DNA of 63,925 nt, filler included, from Cercozoa sp. M6MM (taxonomy: Eukaryota; Protista; Endomyxa: Ascetosporea): NCBI GenBank assembly GCA_040357565.1. It is 14 parts of 14 records of this genome, joined end to end, with 100 filler letters (N's around TTAATTAATTAA, not from the genome) between each part and the next. Parts side by side here need not be neighbours in the genome. Positions count along the whole stretch, not along the records: positions 50,010 to 53,605 come from JBDODJ010001386.1; positions 53,706 to 58,185 come from JBDODJ010001128.1; positions 58,286 to 60,574 come from JBDODJ010001802.1; positions 60,675 to 62,549 come from JBDODJ010001898.1; positions 62,650 to 63,925 come from JBDODJ010002081.1; 9 more parts are not named here. One strand, given 5' to 3'. The notes beneath the pieces were generated by a model. That model was not told the DNA's origin, did no database searches, and saw only the letters and a program-made list of their open reading frames with translations. A program made the position numbers and the translations under genes. Positions 50,165-63,925 of this stretch are shown one piece after another (the first letter of the stretch is position 1; each line of letters opens with the position of its first letter).

Positions 50165-51452
50165 GATGGCGTTGAACATGCTGTTTTGGTGCTGCCCGAT
50201 CTGCACTTGCACTGCCCCAAGACAAGAAAGAGCGCAAGTACCGATTGCATCTGCTTGCTCTCGACACAGGGGAACCCTTGCAAGGTTACTGGCCGTGCCT
50301 TGACGATGGTCGGTCTGTGTTGCGCGAGGCACAGTTCTTCCGTCGCGTGATGCGGTCGGAGGTTGAAGAGTATACAGAAAGGCAGTCGAAGCAGAATCTG
50401 AGCGACTCGGATGGGAGGTGCTCACAGCCAACTGGGTGAATGGCGGTACCTACAGCTGTCACTTGTAGTACCCACTAAAGTCTACTCCTGAGTGATTCGT
50501 GGTCACAGCCACTGGTGACTTCTGCGGCAACAAATGTAGCTTCCGACTGCTCCCACACCAAAGCTTCGTGCGACCTAGCTCACCAATGTGCAGGGAACCC
50601 TGGCACATGGACGGTAATATACACCTTACTTATGAGATCTACAGAATCCGGTTCATTCTTGTGACTATTCAGGAATTCACTTCTTTGTTGGGTCTGTTAT
50701 TCGAGCGTCTTGATGCCGAGGAAGCCGTGAAGGAGTTCTTTCGCGCCCTGGGAGGGATTATCGACTTCATGCGTCGCTAAAACGGATTAGACAATGTGAC
50801 GCAAGGTATGCGTAAGTTACGAATTGTGGATCGCGACAAGGTGTTAGGGGGAATACCAGCTCTCATTTCGTACTGGCGTTTAGAGTCAAAGCTGTTTGAG
50901 GCATTTGCGTGGGAAGGCGACGACAAGTTTGCTCTGGTGCTGGTGGCAGCTATGTCGAAGTACGCAATGGTTTGCGAGCAGTTTTAGTTTTTCTATACTG
51001 AAGACGACCTACTGGAACTGAAAAACGTTCGTGCGGCATCGAAGCGCGCGAAAATGAGAATACTCGGTCCTGGGTGACATCTTTCCTCGAATGACCACGA
51101 CGACATGCATTCCAGTCGGAACACTCGCAGTCACGCAAGCATGCGCGTTAACAACACTTTGATTTCGAAGGTACAGGTTTCCTCCGACTGCAAATAGTAT
51201 GTCGCGCCATGGATTAGTCCTGGGCCATGCTTGTTGGTAGCGATGTTTAAACTTAAGTTCGCCAAGGTCCTTGCGCTCCGACATGCCAACAGATCGGCTG
51301 AAGTGGTGCTGGCTTACATGGCACGCATGGCTCTCACGAACGCAGCTGAAACACTGCTACCGCCACATGATGAACGAGTAGCGACAGACGTAAGAGGTCA
51401 ACCTCCCGACCTTCCCTATCTTGAAAATTCACTGTACCCTTCATCTGCATAA
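50165..51452 (+). pseudogene. Degenerate hypothetical gene
   Basis: Exon-like frames with GT-AG ends, but an in-frame TAA at 50778-50780 and further frame breaks. Confidence 0.35.
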
Positions 51453-52088
51453 AAATGCTCCGTAGATATGCTTTTACAAGGTGTGGCTGCTCAACCGGCA
51501 ACGTTTCACAACATGGTCGCCCGGCAACCTCTACGGCGATAACATCTACTAACTGAATTTAAGCATGTAAACTTACTCCATGCGGTGTCACTTATATAAA
51601 TCTAATTTCCTTCTAAAGTAACGTAATCTTAATTTATGCAAAAAAAAACCTAATTTCTGCAGAAAACGCACCCATGGGCGGTTTCCCTTAAAAGCAAACA
51701 TTATAACAAGGACTGTTAACGCCCGGAAAACAGAAAAACACGAAAAAAACTGTAAAATGCAACAAAAACCGGGGCGACAAAATCCAGGCAAGTCAATATT
51801 TTTTGAGCATTTCAACAAAAATCGCCCACACTGCTCCGTAAACGAATCTAAAGGTCCCGGACACTGTGAATTATATTCAAACCCCCGAAAATGCTACTTA
51901 AAGGGCTATTAGACGACGTTTGACCGATTTTGTCACGGAAATTACCGGGAAATTACCGGCACTGGGTTCTCGGGGCGAAGTGACGTGATTAATATCGTGT
52001 TACGTTACTTACACTTGTGTTGAAAATCAAACTGAACAAACACAATCGAACGAACGTAACGGAACCGCGCTGATCGAAATGAAGGGCC

Positions 52089-53129
52089 CTAGATCTCGCG
52101 GTTCTGCAGGAAGGACTGCATGTCGGGGTGTGCGCGCACCACGTCGAACGTGCCGCGAACCGACTGAGCAGAGACAAGTCACGGTGCAGTGCAAATCGCG
52201 ATCAACAACACACAACAACACAAGGGTAACGTACCGGGAAGAGCTCACTCAGCACATCAAGGACCTCGGGCTGCTCGGGCATGTCCTTGTGGAGACCCTG
52301 GAAGTAGCCCTCGGCCAGACAGTAGACAGCAATGTCACCAACCGTGAGCGAGTCGAAAATGAGCGAGTTGTGCTCTTTCTTGAGCATCTGGAGGTAGCCC
52401 TCGAGCTCACGGAGGCCCCTATGTGACCAACCATCCAGGTATCGACCATTCATAGAAATGGAATGGAAAAAACGGACTTTGTGCTCGGGTGATCGGCTTC
52501 GCGGAGCGTCTCCACCGCCGTGTGCGTCTTGCGCAGGTACACGGCCGGGAACACGGTTTGCATGATGTCGTTCGCCTTGATCACGAGGGCATCACACGCG
52601 GCATTCTGGGCGGCGTTTTGGCCGGCGAGACCGTAGCGCCGCGCGAGGAAACCCGTGATGGCGCCCGTCTCAGGGATCTTAAGCACCGTGCCATTCTCGC
52701 GCACCTCCAACGACGGCACCTTGCCGAACGGCAAGCTCTGGCGGTTTTCGGCCCAGGCCTTGGCGCCCTGCAAGGGAAAGGTAAGTATGTTAGTTTTTAA
52801 AACATGTGTCCACAGAAAATCCACGTACCTCCTCGGAAAAGAAAGGCACGTCGTAGTTCACCTCTTCGCAGTCGCACTTGTCACCTGCACAGTCAGTCAA
52901 AACAACATGCAACAGCGAGATGAAACTGAAGTCACACAAGGATGAACAAGCTATGATACCGGCCAAGGCAAGAACGATGCGGGCAGCCTCACCACGAGCG
53001 CGCAGCTTGAAGTACTTGAAGGTCAACGGCTTCTGCGTGGAGTCCTACCAGTTACGAGAGTAAAGATACAAGCGTCCCGGCGTCCCTGCAAACTGCCTAT
53101 CGCATTTGAACAGCGGTACTCACAGACAT
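52089..53129 (-). CDS. GST: Glutathione S-transferase, sigma-like (5 introns)
   Basis: FKYFKLRARGEAARIVLA, LPFGKVPSLEV, ETGAITGFLARRYGLAG and DSLTVGDIAVY; ends SFLQNREI*. Confidence 0.92.
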
Positions 53130-53472
53130 GATGGCTTGTGAACGTCGTTAGAACTCAACAAAGCAGGTGAGCGATGAGTTTCGAAAACTGAAAAAAATCT
53201 GCGGGATGGGCTCCACAATCACCGCGAATGTTCTATCATTTCTTTTATGGGTGGTGTTTTGCTGCTCAGAAAAATGCTGCTCTCAACCCAAAAGCTACGG
53301 GGCGAACGTCCAGTGGTTCAAGAGTTGCTTTTTTCAGTCACACGATCTCTTCGTCACCCAATGCTCCTTGATCATATCGATACAATGATACCTCCTTTAC
53401 TCGCAGCCACAGCAGTGACATGTTTCGTCACACTACAGTATGGGTGGTGCTGGTGGGTGTGTGCGTGTGCGT

Positions 53473-53605
<133 letters not shown>

Positions 53606-53705
53606 NNNNNNNNNNNNNNNNNNNNNNNNNNNNNNNNNNNNNNNNNNNNTTAATTAATTAANNNNNNNNNNNNNNNNNNNNNNNNNNNNNNNNNNNNNNN
53701 NNNNN

Positions 53706-53759
<54 letters not shown>

Positions 53760-53771
53760 CCTGTATTGCAG

Positions 53772-54589
53772 GACTTTGACTCGGAAGATGCGCACGAGGA
53801 CTACCTAGAACTGGTGGAAGATGTCGTCTATGCACTCACTCAGGGCACCGACCACGAGGTTTCTTTCCTTACTTACGTGTATATATATATGTATATCTAT
53901 ATCTACATATCTATATTAATATACAGACTCCGTGAATATAAACAATATATACTATATACGTATAAATAAGTAAATAAATACATAATTATTTATATATATG
54001 TATATATATAGATATTAATGATATATGTATGCAGAGGATAGAGGCGCAGGCGCGACTGAGACGTCACGTCAACGAGCACGCCGAGATCATCGCACACAAG
54101 AAGGAACTCCGTTTGGTAGCTGGACTCGATGTTCTGGGTGAGGGGAGGGGGAGGAGATATAGCTACGGAGTGAACGCATTGTGTGTTGGAGGTCAGAAAG
54201 AGCAACGTCAACGGGAGCAGCAGCAACGTCGGAAGCAGCGAATCGCACTGGCACAGCAGCAGCAGCAGCAGGACACGGGGCCGAGTGGTGCCACAGTGTA
54301 CATGCCGGCCGTGCTGGCCGCTCCCTCGGCCAGACTCAAGGCCACCCAAGCCGAGGCCGCTGCCTGGCAGCAGGCACGTGCACCGCTGCAACAGAACAGT
54401 GTACTTGCCGACGAGGTAGCTTTCTCGCCTTGCCATTTTGCCTTGTCAGTGTCAGCCATGTCAGTGTTAGCTGCTTTATTTATCGCTCTGTGTGTACAGG
54501 CCGGCGGTTATTCTGGCGACGCGTTTGCCGAGCGTTGTCACATCGCCGCCTTTGAGAACTTCTTCCTGCCTGCCGTGTCGTCCTCTTAG
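53772..54589 (+). CDS. MNAT1: CDK-activating kinase assembly factor MAT1/Tfb3, 3' part
   Basis: DF..EDYLELVEDVVYALT helical region and C-terminal AGGYS..AERC..AAFENFF. Confidence 0.75.
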
Positions 54590-54821
54590 TCTAGGCTGCC
54601 TACTGTCTTGTATGCTAGTTTGGTCAGCCGTTCAGTCATCATATGTTGCCCTGGCAGCGGGCGGTAGACACGGCCATGCTCTTGTGACCCACCCCAGACT
54701 GGTGCAGGGGAACTACATAGTTGGTTTCCTAGAAGACTCAACTAACTAACTATGTTGGCCTGACGTGAACCGAAAGTTTCGTTCTGAACTATGCAACGTA
54801 ACACGGCAGTAGGTTCGCCCA

Positions 54822-56280
54822 CTACGCGGCTTGCGGTGTGAGAAGTGCAACGCCAAGAGCACCGTCCAAACCCTTGTAGAATGCATGCTCCGGCGCGGTC
54901 AGTCTACATTCCAAGGGCGCTTAATGGATACAGTACCGTAGGCACGCTTCACAATGCAGTTGTGCAAATGAGTGATACTGTACCCCTCTTTGATGCGCAT
55001 CTGCTCAATGTCAAACGAGTTCTCCTTGATGGCGAGGTCCGCGCCGCACAGCTGTGCCACACGATCGACGTCCATGCGCTGGTACTGCTCGTTGGTGAGA
55101 CCGACGCGCTGCGCGATCTACATAGAGGTACGAGTGGTTGTTGGCGATTCGAATCGGCTGAAAACTGAACTATCGAGTGCTCACCACTTCGGTGCCAAGC
55201 TTCACCACAAGGCGGTGGCGCTCAGACACTTCATGATCGGGTCGCGCCTGCCAAACAATCTCATTTCTACTTCATAAAGTGTACAATTTGTACCCAGTCA
55301 ACGAGAATAGACTCGCCACGCGAAAGGATGCTCTTCATGAGACGCACCGTCTCATCTTCTGTGATGTAGTACACCAGACCTTCGAGCAGCCTGACACCAA
55401 CAGCAAAGGATCCAAGAGTCCTCCTTCGCACAGCGTGAGCAATGTATTGCTACCAGATCTTGCGCGAGCTGTTGTTCCACAATGTACTCTGTCGCAGCTT
55501 TTGCATTAGATCCTCCGGGTTTCGGGCATCCGCCTGCGGAAATAAATGTTTTAAAAAACAGAACAGATGTATACATCTACTGTCTCAATTACCGTGAGGA
55601 AGTCAACCTTGGAAGCGACATCGGGACACGCCTTGGCAATGATGCGACGCTTGACTTGCAACGAACTTTCACTGTAGTCGACACCGATGGCCGTGCAACC
55701 CTACAAATGAGAAGAGAGTCCCAATAGAGAGTCGCTCGACTGCCTTGTGAAGTCAAAACTGTAAATTTATTGAAATTGATATACCTGGTGAGCAGCTACA
55801 AAGTCAATCTCGCTCGGCGCAATTCCTGCGCCGACCGAGATCAGTTGGCATGCGCCCTGTTGCACTTGCTCGGCCAAAAGGGTCTGCCCAAACCAGAATG
55901 CGAAAGCGGAAAACTGTACCGTCTGCACAAACACCAGTAGTAACCAATTCACCCGCAGTCGGTACTTGCGCAACATTGCTTGGTCGCGCAGCAGTCGCTG
56001 CACCGTCAGCTGCAGCGCTTCTGCGTCGTCTTGGCTGCCGTTTCCGTTGACACAGGACGCCTCAATTTTCTCGCCCAGCACGGCACCTTTGGACAGGTCC
56101 ACATGCCGTAAGTATGCTGCTGCCTCCGGCGTAGGGTACGCCCTCTCTGGATCGCACTGTTGGCATCCCAAAGCAAGGATGTAACTATCTGCCGTGTTTG
56201 AATTTAAATATCAGTGATACCAAGCCAAGAACGAGAGCGCTCGTATCAGGCACTTCAAAGAATTCCTGCTGTTCGTCTTC
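54822..56280 (-). CDS. Class I SAM methyltransferase, LCM/TcmP-like (5' end near gap)
   Basis: QLISVGAGIAP (motif I), AIGVD, ADARNP and LLEGLVYYI. Confidence 0.75.
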
Positions 56281-56486
56281 TGCGAGAGCAAACTTAAACG
56301 ACAAATCCAGGAAATCGATTGAACATTGCGAAAAATGATGGGGGGGGGGGGCGCGGCGGGGGGGGGGGGGGGGGGGGGGGGGGGGGNNNNNNNNNNNNNN
56401 NNNNNNNNNNNNNNNNNNNNNNNNNNNNNNNNNNNNNNNNNNNNNNNNNNNNNNNNNNNNNNNNNNNNNNNNNNNNNNNNNNNNNN

Positions 56487-56863
56487 TCCTACCACGCTGG
56501 ACCTGGGAAGCACATCAAAGGTCGTCGTTTATGCCGGGCTGGTTGTGCTCCGCAGTCATCATTCATCCACTAAACTGGGCAAAGGAAAGGAGGTCAGAAG
56601 TGAAAAATCCTACGCTGGTTGTTCATACTATTATTGTTGATGTTGGCACTAGAGTGTCGAACAAAAGAACTTGTGTGTCGGCAAGCCCACCTCTTACAGC
56701 AAGAAAACTCTCCGGGTTGTCAAAGCGACGGTCGGCTGGGACGTTAGGCAGTCTGTCTCCCAGGACGGTTTCAGTTGGGTGATCGGCTGTTTTAAACGGT
56801 TCACAACCAGCCCGTCATAAACGACGACCTTTGATGTGCTTCCCAGGTCCAGCGTGGTAGGAG
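56487..56863. mobile_element. MITE with 61-bp terminal inverted repeats (Tc1/mariner-Stowaway-like end)
   Basis: 56487-56547 and 56802-56862 are inverted with one mismatch; the right end reads ..GGTAGGAG|TA. No coding capacity; the left end abuts an N gap. Confidence 0.65.
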
Positions 56864-57008
56864 TAGTTTAGTTTGGTCTCTAGTCCGGGTCCGGATTGTG
56901 GCTGAGCTAAAGTTCGATTGGATTGCGTTAAATTTAGATTTGAATTCCACGAAAATGCAAGTCGTTTCAGCTCATGTCGATCAGTTACCGGCAGGTGGAT
57001 TATGGGCG

Positions 57009-57844
57009 TCAGGGGGTGGATTGTTGTCGACCCGCAGTGGTGCTGTCGCGCGGTGCTTGCGATTGCGGACTGCCAGCGACACACCCCTGAATGAGACCTG
57101 GGTGCGGAGAACAAAACTGAACTTACGGTCTGACAACCGGGACAGGACAGCGCGGCGCTTCTCGCCGAGTTCCTCCTTGTCCGAGACGTCGATTTTGCAG
57201 CGGTGATACTGCAACGATCCTTGCGTCCTTTCTTCTACTCACACACTCTCAATGAGCAGCAATACAAACTCTGTAAATTAATAGTCAAACCATCAGACTC
57301 CTGGTCGCGGAGCTTGACGTCAAGAAGGACATTCGTTGCGTCCACTGCGAGGGCGTCGTCAACTAAGTTCACGACGCTCCCTTGTCCGAGTCTGGCCTTA
57401 GCCTAAATGTACAGCATGATGCTCGCATGCAGAGCGTCGGCACAAGAACGCAAGTCAAGAATACCAACTCTGCTTCGAGTCGAGCCACTTGCTCGCGGTG
57501 TCGCTCCGTCTCAGCACGTAGCTGCTCCTGGAACATGGTTTCGCGCTGTTCAAGCTCGCGGCGGTGCTGCTGCTCTAACTCGCGGCGGTGCTGCTCTAAC
57601 TGCTCAGTGTTTTCGCGAAGCCGGCGGGTTTCGGCAGCCACGTCCTCCCTGTGGAAACGTGCTTGCCGAGCGAACGCGCTTGACATGACATCGATCGCCG
57701 CTGGACCAACCCCGTGGTTACGCAGCACCGGTTGTAAAGCCGCAAGCCCTGGCGAGGAGACCACACAAGCTGTCGCAACAAAACACCAGACAACATGAAC
57801 GATGATGTACAACGAGGCAAGTCCTGGGGCTGTTGGTCGGCCAT
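57009..57844 (-). CDS. Small coiled-coil hypothetical protein (4 introns)
   Basis: MADQQPQDLP|..(ELEQQHRR)n coiled coil..; exons join in frame to TGA. Confidence 0.5.
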
Positions 57845-58292
57845 TTCGGACGTTTGATGTCTTGTTGGTCAACACGTGAGACTTGTTCTAAACCGATACG
57901 GCCGTTTTGATACCAAGACTGCTTAAGGGGGCGATATCTCATTGTTGCCGGTTATGACGATCGCTCCTGCTCCCATAGTGCGTGACTGTGTGCAGACTTA
58001 GTTGTGCAACGTTTATAATCAAATGCGCACTACGGACATGTTTTGTTTTGTGTGGCCAGTTCAATAGCTTTAACGCTTCTGGCGTTTACATATTGAACCT
58101 GCCTTTGGAATGGGTCTCTCGGATTTCCTCATGTCTTAGATCAGGAAATCCCCCCTTCACAAAGTTACAACATTCGCGGGGGGGGNNNNNNNNNNNNNNN
58201 NNNNNNNNNNNNNNNNNNNNNNNNNNNNNTTAATTAATTAANNNNNNNNNNNNNNNNNNNNNNNNNNNNNNNNNNNNNNNNNNNNGTGCGTG

Positions 58293-58353
<61 letters not shown>

Positions 58354-58396
58354 CTTGGTAGCATATGTCCTTGGTCACATATGTCCTTGTGCCCAG

Positions 58397-58739
58397 GTAT
58401 CACACGCGAGCAGTTCGATCAGATGTGGCAGGAGTTCCTGCTGGTGCGACCACCCTTATTCAGATAACTTGCTTTGTTCACATCCACTTTGATCATTGTG
58501 TTCCTGCAGATGGACGAGCCCACCCCAGACAAGGCTGACTACGACAACTTTGACCGTCTGTCGCGCGAGTACTCCACGGTCGACAGTACCAGTGCGTTTG
58601 GTCCTGAAAGTTATTGTATTTTCTAGAAGATCAACTTTTCGTTTGATTGCCAGAACGTACGCGTACGGGTCGCGACACGTCGCAGGAGCTCAGCGACGAT
58701 CACATGGCGTGCGTACTGCCGCCGCAGGGAGCGCTTTAG
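58397..58739 (+). CDS. Hypothetical protein, 3' fragment
   Basis: ITREQFDQMWQEFLL|MDEPTPDKADYDNFD..|..VLPPQGAL*. Confidence 0.45.
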
Positions 58740-58961
58740 AGGGCCTGATTGAAGACATAAAAAGGCTTCATTTTCAATTCAGTTCCAAATAGCCCAAATA
58801 GCCGAATAGCAATACGTTTAACCGAGCGCCTTAGCTCAATTTGTTGAGAGCCAGTCCTCAGGCGTCTTAACAGAGTTAATTGATGCGTTTTGACCCATGA
58901 CTTGTGTTTTTGAGAAGAATAAACGTTAATTATGACAAAGGCCGCTTTGCCGTGATCAAGT

Positions 58962-59120
58962 AACTTACCTGGATCATTGCGGGGTTGGGTGATCACGCAG
59001 GCCCTCCCCGTAGCGCTGAGCAGGGCCTCCTGCACTTGGTCGTCTGTGACGCGTTCACCTCGCCTTCGGGTGTCGTGGTGATTCTAATCTCTACAGCGGG
59101 ATCGGCGAGCTAGTCTCCTG
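58962..59120 (+). ncRNA. U1: U1 spliceosomal snRNA (variant Sm site)
   Basis: 5' ACTTACCTGG; helix H ATCAT/GTGAT; stem I with loop GATCACGCAG (U1-70K site); stem II with loop containing TGCAC (U1A site); stem III with TTCG loop; 3' stem-loop. Confidence 0.9.
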
Positions 59121-59717
59121 GTCCTGGACCTCCCCTACTTCTTTTTGCTTTGTTTTGTTGCCCGCCCGCGGGACATAGCGCAACCCATCAAGATAACCTT
59201 CCTAAACTCCCATGTTTAGAAGTAAGCTAGCGAAACTGTTCTATTTTCTTTCGGCACGTCGCCAAACAGCTCGAGCCATGGCAGTTGGCCTGAACAAGTC
59301 TCCAGATTTGATGGAGTGATCGATCGTCCATACATCGATCGATATAGGTGCTAAAAACCCAAGCTCCGTACAAGCTGTAGGATACGGCACAGGGTTGCGA
59401 TCTTCTGACCACAGCGGTGAATTAAATTTAATGCAACTCCCAACGAGAGAATTGGGTACCTGATCGGAGCACCCGTGGTTGCGTGGATCGCTGATCGTGT
59501 CGTTAGTACCAAGCACGTGGCTGGCTAGAAACGAAACGAAACGATCCAGTCGGTCAGTTGCAGCCGTTTTGCAATCGCACGTGCCTGTTTTTGCAGGAGG
59601 TACCGAGTGAGAGAACAGCGCTCGCTCCGGTTCGCGTCACACTCACACCACTCATATTTTGTTGTGTTTGCCTTGTTCCTCTTTAGTTTCTTCTCTCAGT
59701 GCGCGCTCAGCGACAGC

Positions 59718-60574
59718 ATGAAGCTTGTGTTGACTACGTTGTTGGCTGCGTCGAGTGCGCTCGCTGCCTCCTGCGCCTCTCATTCGGTACTACCTCCAGT
59801 CGATGGACCTCGCCTCGTTACTCGTTATTGACTGGATGCACTCTTGGTTCCGATCAGGCGACCTTCTCCTCGGGCAGCAGTGAGTTCACTCTGCGCGGCG
59901 CCATGACCGTACTGCATTCTCACCTTCCCCTTCCTTCGGTCCCCAGAGTTCCGGCGCAATAAGTTTACAATGCATGGCACTCTCTCACTGAGCAGGACTG
60001 CATCGCTGACACCGTCGACGACATTGGCAAGCAACAGCGCTGCACTGCCGTGCTGCACGAGACTCCTGCAGGACAGTACGCGGTCACGTGCTACGAGCAT
60101 TCGTGTACTAAACTTATGTTCGATATGTTCGATCTCTCACACACACACACGCACTTCCCGGACGCGAGCTGAATTCAGCTGCTAAATATACATCACCTTT
60201 CCCCCCCCCCCCACACCTCCGCTGCCAATTTCCCCTTGTTCAGCGTCGTGCCCTGCCAACCAGTCTGTCGCCGCCACTGCCGCTGGCGTTCCTTCCACTG
60301 ATGTCGTGCTTCACGCTGCTTGGTACCGTGCACACACTCTCAAATCTGGCCCGACTGTCAGTTTACCTTGCCCATGTTTCGACAGCGGCACTCAAGGCCA
60401 GTCGCTGACGTCGCCGTACGGAGGTCGCCAACACGTGTGTCGCAAGGTCTGTATGTTTCCTTTCAATTTACTGTATCTAAAGCTCAGTTGAAGTGTTATT
60501 TTGACTGCTTGGCGCGGCAGCTCGTGCGGCCTTCTACAGTCACTCCATTACGTTCTCATACGGTGCGTTCCTGT
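59718..60574 (+). CDS. Secreted Cys-containing hypothetical protein, 3' truncated
   Basis: Signal peptide MKLVLTTLLAASSALA followed by short GT-AG exons. Confidence 0.5.
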
Positions 60575-60674
60575 NNNNNNNNNNNNNNNNNNNNNNNNNN
60601 NNNNNNNNNNNNNNNNNNTTAATTAATTAANNNNNNNNNNNNNNNNNNNNNNNNNNNNNNNNNNNNNNNNNNNN

Positions 60675-60715
<41 letters not shown>

Positions 60716-60758
60716 CATGATCCGCGCGGAAGTGCATACCGCTGTTCTTTGGGTGCAG

Positions 60759-62489
<1,731 letters not shown>

Positions 62490-62506
62490 GGTGCGTGTTG
62501 CACTGC

Positions 62507-62549
<43 letters not shown>

Positions 62550-62649
62550 NNNNNNNNNNNNNNNNNNNNNNNNNNNNNNNNNNNNNNNNNNNNTTAATTA
62601 ATTAANNNNNNNNNNNNNNNNNNNNNNNNNNNNNNNNNNNNNNNNNNNN

Positions 62650-62796
62650 ACTCGCACCGTCTGCCTCACTCGCACCGTCCGTCAAACCGTCCGTCACACC
62701 GTCCGTCACACCGTGTGTCATTGCGCGCAGCATCTTCGCCACCGTCGCACTGTAGCGCAGTCGCACGTGCTCTGACAACAACACACACACACACAT

Positions 62797-62827
<31 letters not shown>

Positions 62828-63820
62828 CATACACACACATATACATATATATATATATACATACATATATATATATATATACACACACACAAGTAGCACA
62901 GGTAGGGGGCAGGACGGACGGAGCACACTACCCTCGGCGCGCACGTGCCAGTGCCGACGTCGCTCACCGTGCGTGTCACCGTGCGAGACACGGAGGCTCA
63001 CACCGACCGCGGCGCCGTGCCGGTCGCTCAGCAGGAGGCCCGCGTCGCCCTGCCACGTCGCGCGCAGCGACACCGCCGACGCCGACGCCGCCGCCTGCGA
63101 CACCAGCAGCGTCGCCGCGTGCTCGCCGTGCACCACGCGCACCGTCAGTGCCTCGCTGCGCACGTGCCAGCCGCCCGCCACACCGTCCGCCACACCGTCA
63201 GTGGAACCGTCAGTCAAACCGTCAGTATCAGTGGAACCGTCAGTCAAACCGTCCGCCAAACCGTCAGTCAAACCGTCAGTGGAACCGTCAGTGGAACCGT
63301 CAGTATCAGTCGAACCGTCAGTGGGACCGTCAGTGACGGTGTGCCGCTTGAGCACGGCGGCCACGTGGCGCGCCGCCAGTAGCGTCGCACGCGTCACCGT
63401 CACGCGACCGCCGAGATCAACGATCCAAGCACGAGTGCGATCACTCCGAGTCAGACCGACCGTCAGACCGGCCACGGAGAGCGAGCGATCGCGCGGCGAC
63501 ACCTGCACCGTCTGGCTCCACTCGGCGCACGTGACGCCGCACGTGACACGCGACGCCGTCGCCACCACACGCGTCGCCGCCAGCAGCGTCTCCTCGCCTG
63601 ACACAAGGTAGGGGTAGGTAGGGGGTCGGGGGGGGGGGGGGGGGGGTGGGGGTAGGGTAGGGGTAGGGGGGTAGGGTACGGTAGGGGGGTAGGAGTAAAA
63701 GTACCAAGCGACAGAACAGCACGTGGCACGGTGACAGTGCCACCGTCACGCTGATCCACGTGTCCACCCGGCTGCACGTGCAGTCGGAACCGTCGCCCTC
63801 CGTGTCGCACCGCCACAACT
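62650..63820 (-). CDS. Hypothetical beta-rich protein with (TDGx)n repeats, internal fragment
   Basis: Long exon ~62931-63597 with GC-rich third positions, including a TDGS/TDGL repeat. Confidence 0.45.
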
Positions 63821-63925
63821 ACCTGCGTCACCCGGAGGGTGAAATGGGGGCCGAATCAAATGGGGGCGGAATAAAATAGGGGGGGGGTAAAGAGTCACAA
63901 AGACGTGACGCACCTCCGGCAGCAC

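Noticed and set aside
55265-55320. Possible GC-AG donor (GCGAGT) in the methyltransferase
   Set aside because: A GT donor four bases further on gives the correct frame.
59945-60000. Apparent in-frame TAA (RVPAQ*VYNAW)
   Set aside because: Removed if the intron ends at ..CTGAGCAG (59995), which preserves phase.

Overview
Eukaryotic (protist-like), very intron-dense genomic DNA. The window is not one locus: it is 14 short contigs joined by artificial N-TTAATTAATTAA-N linkers, so neighbourhoods across linkers mean nothing. Manual GT-AG splicing recovers catalase, VPS11, PHF5A, an SLC35E/TPT transporter, a mucolipin, an NTE/SWS-like cNMP protein, RPT6, LDAH, SHMT, a RING-H2 protein, an RNase Z-like MBL hydrolase, a bacterial-type secreted serine protease, an SOS1-like Na+/H+ antiporter, a GST, MAT1, an LCM-like methyltransferase, a DH-PH RhoGEF and several hypothetical genes. 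The ORF track misses a U1 snRNA gene with a non-canonical Sm site, a tRNA-Lys(TTT)-like gene, a degenerate tRNA-Thr(AGT) and a MITE. The most unusual features are: (1) a ~3.3 kb composite at 46.4-49.7 kb bounded by inverted arrays of one repeat family and containing an orphan GGTase-I beta exon, a terminator-less tRNA and a tandem CCHC zinc-finger gene; (2) the splicing landscape, with GTAC-rich donors mostly lacking +5G, ~147 bp donor spacing in SHMT, and strand-biased (TTTACCCC)n arrays in mid-gene introns. All gene models and family assignments are by eye and from recalled motifs; no searches were run.
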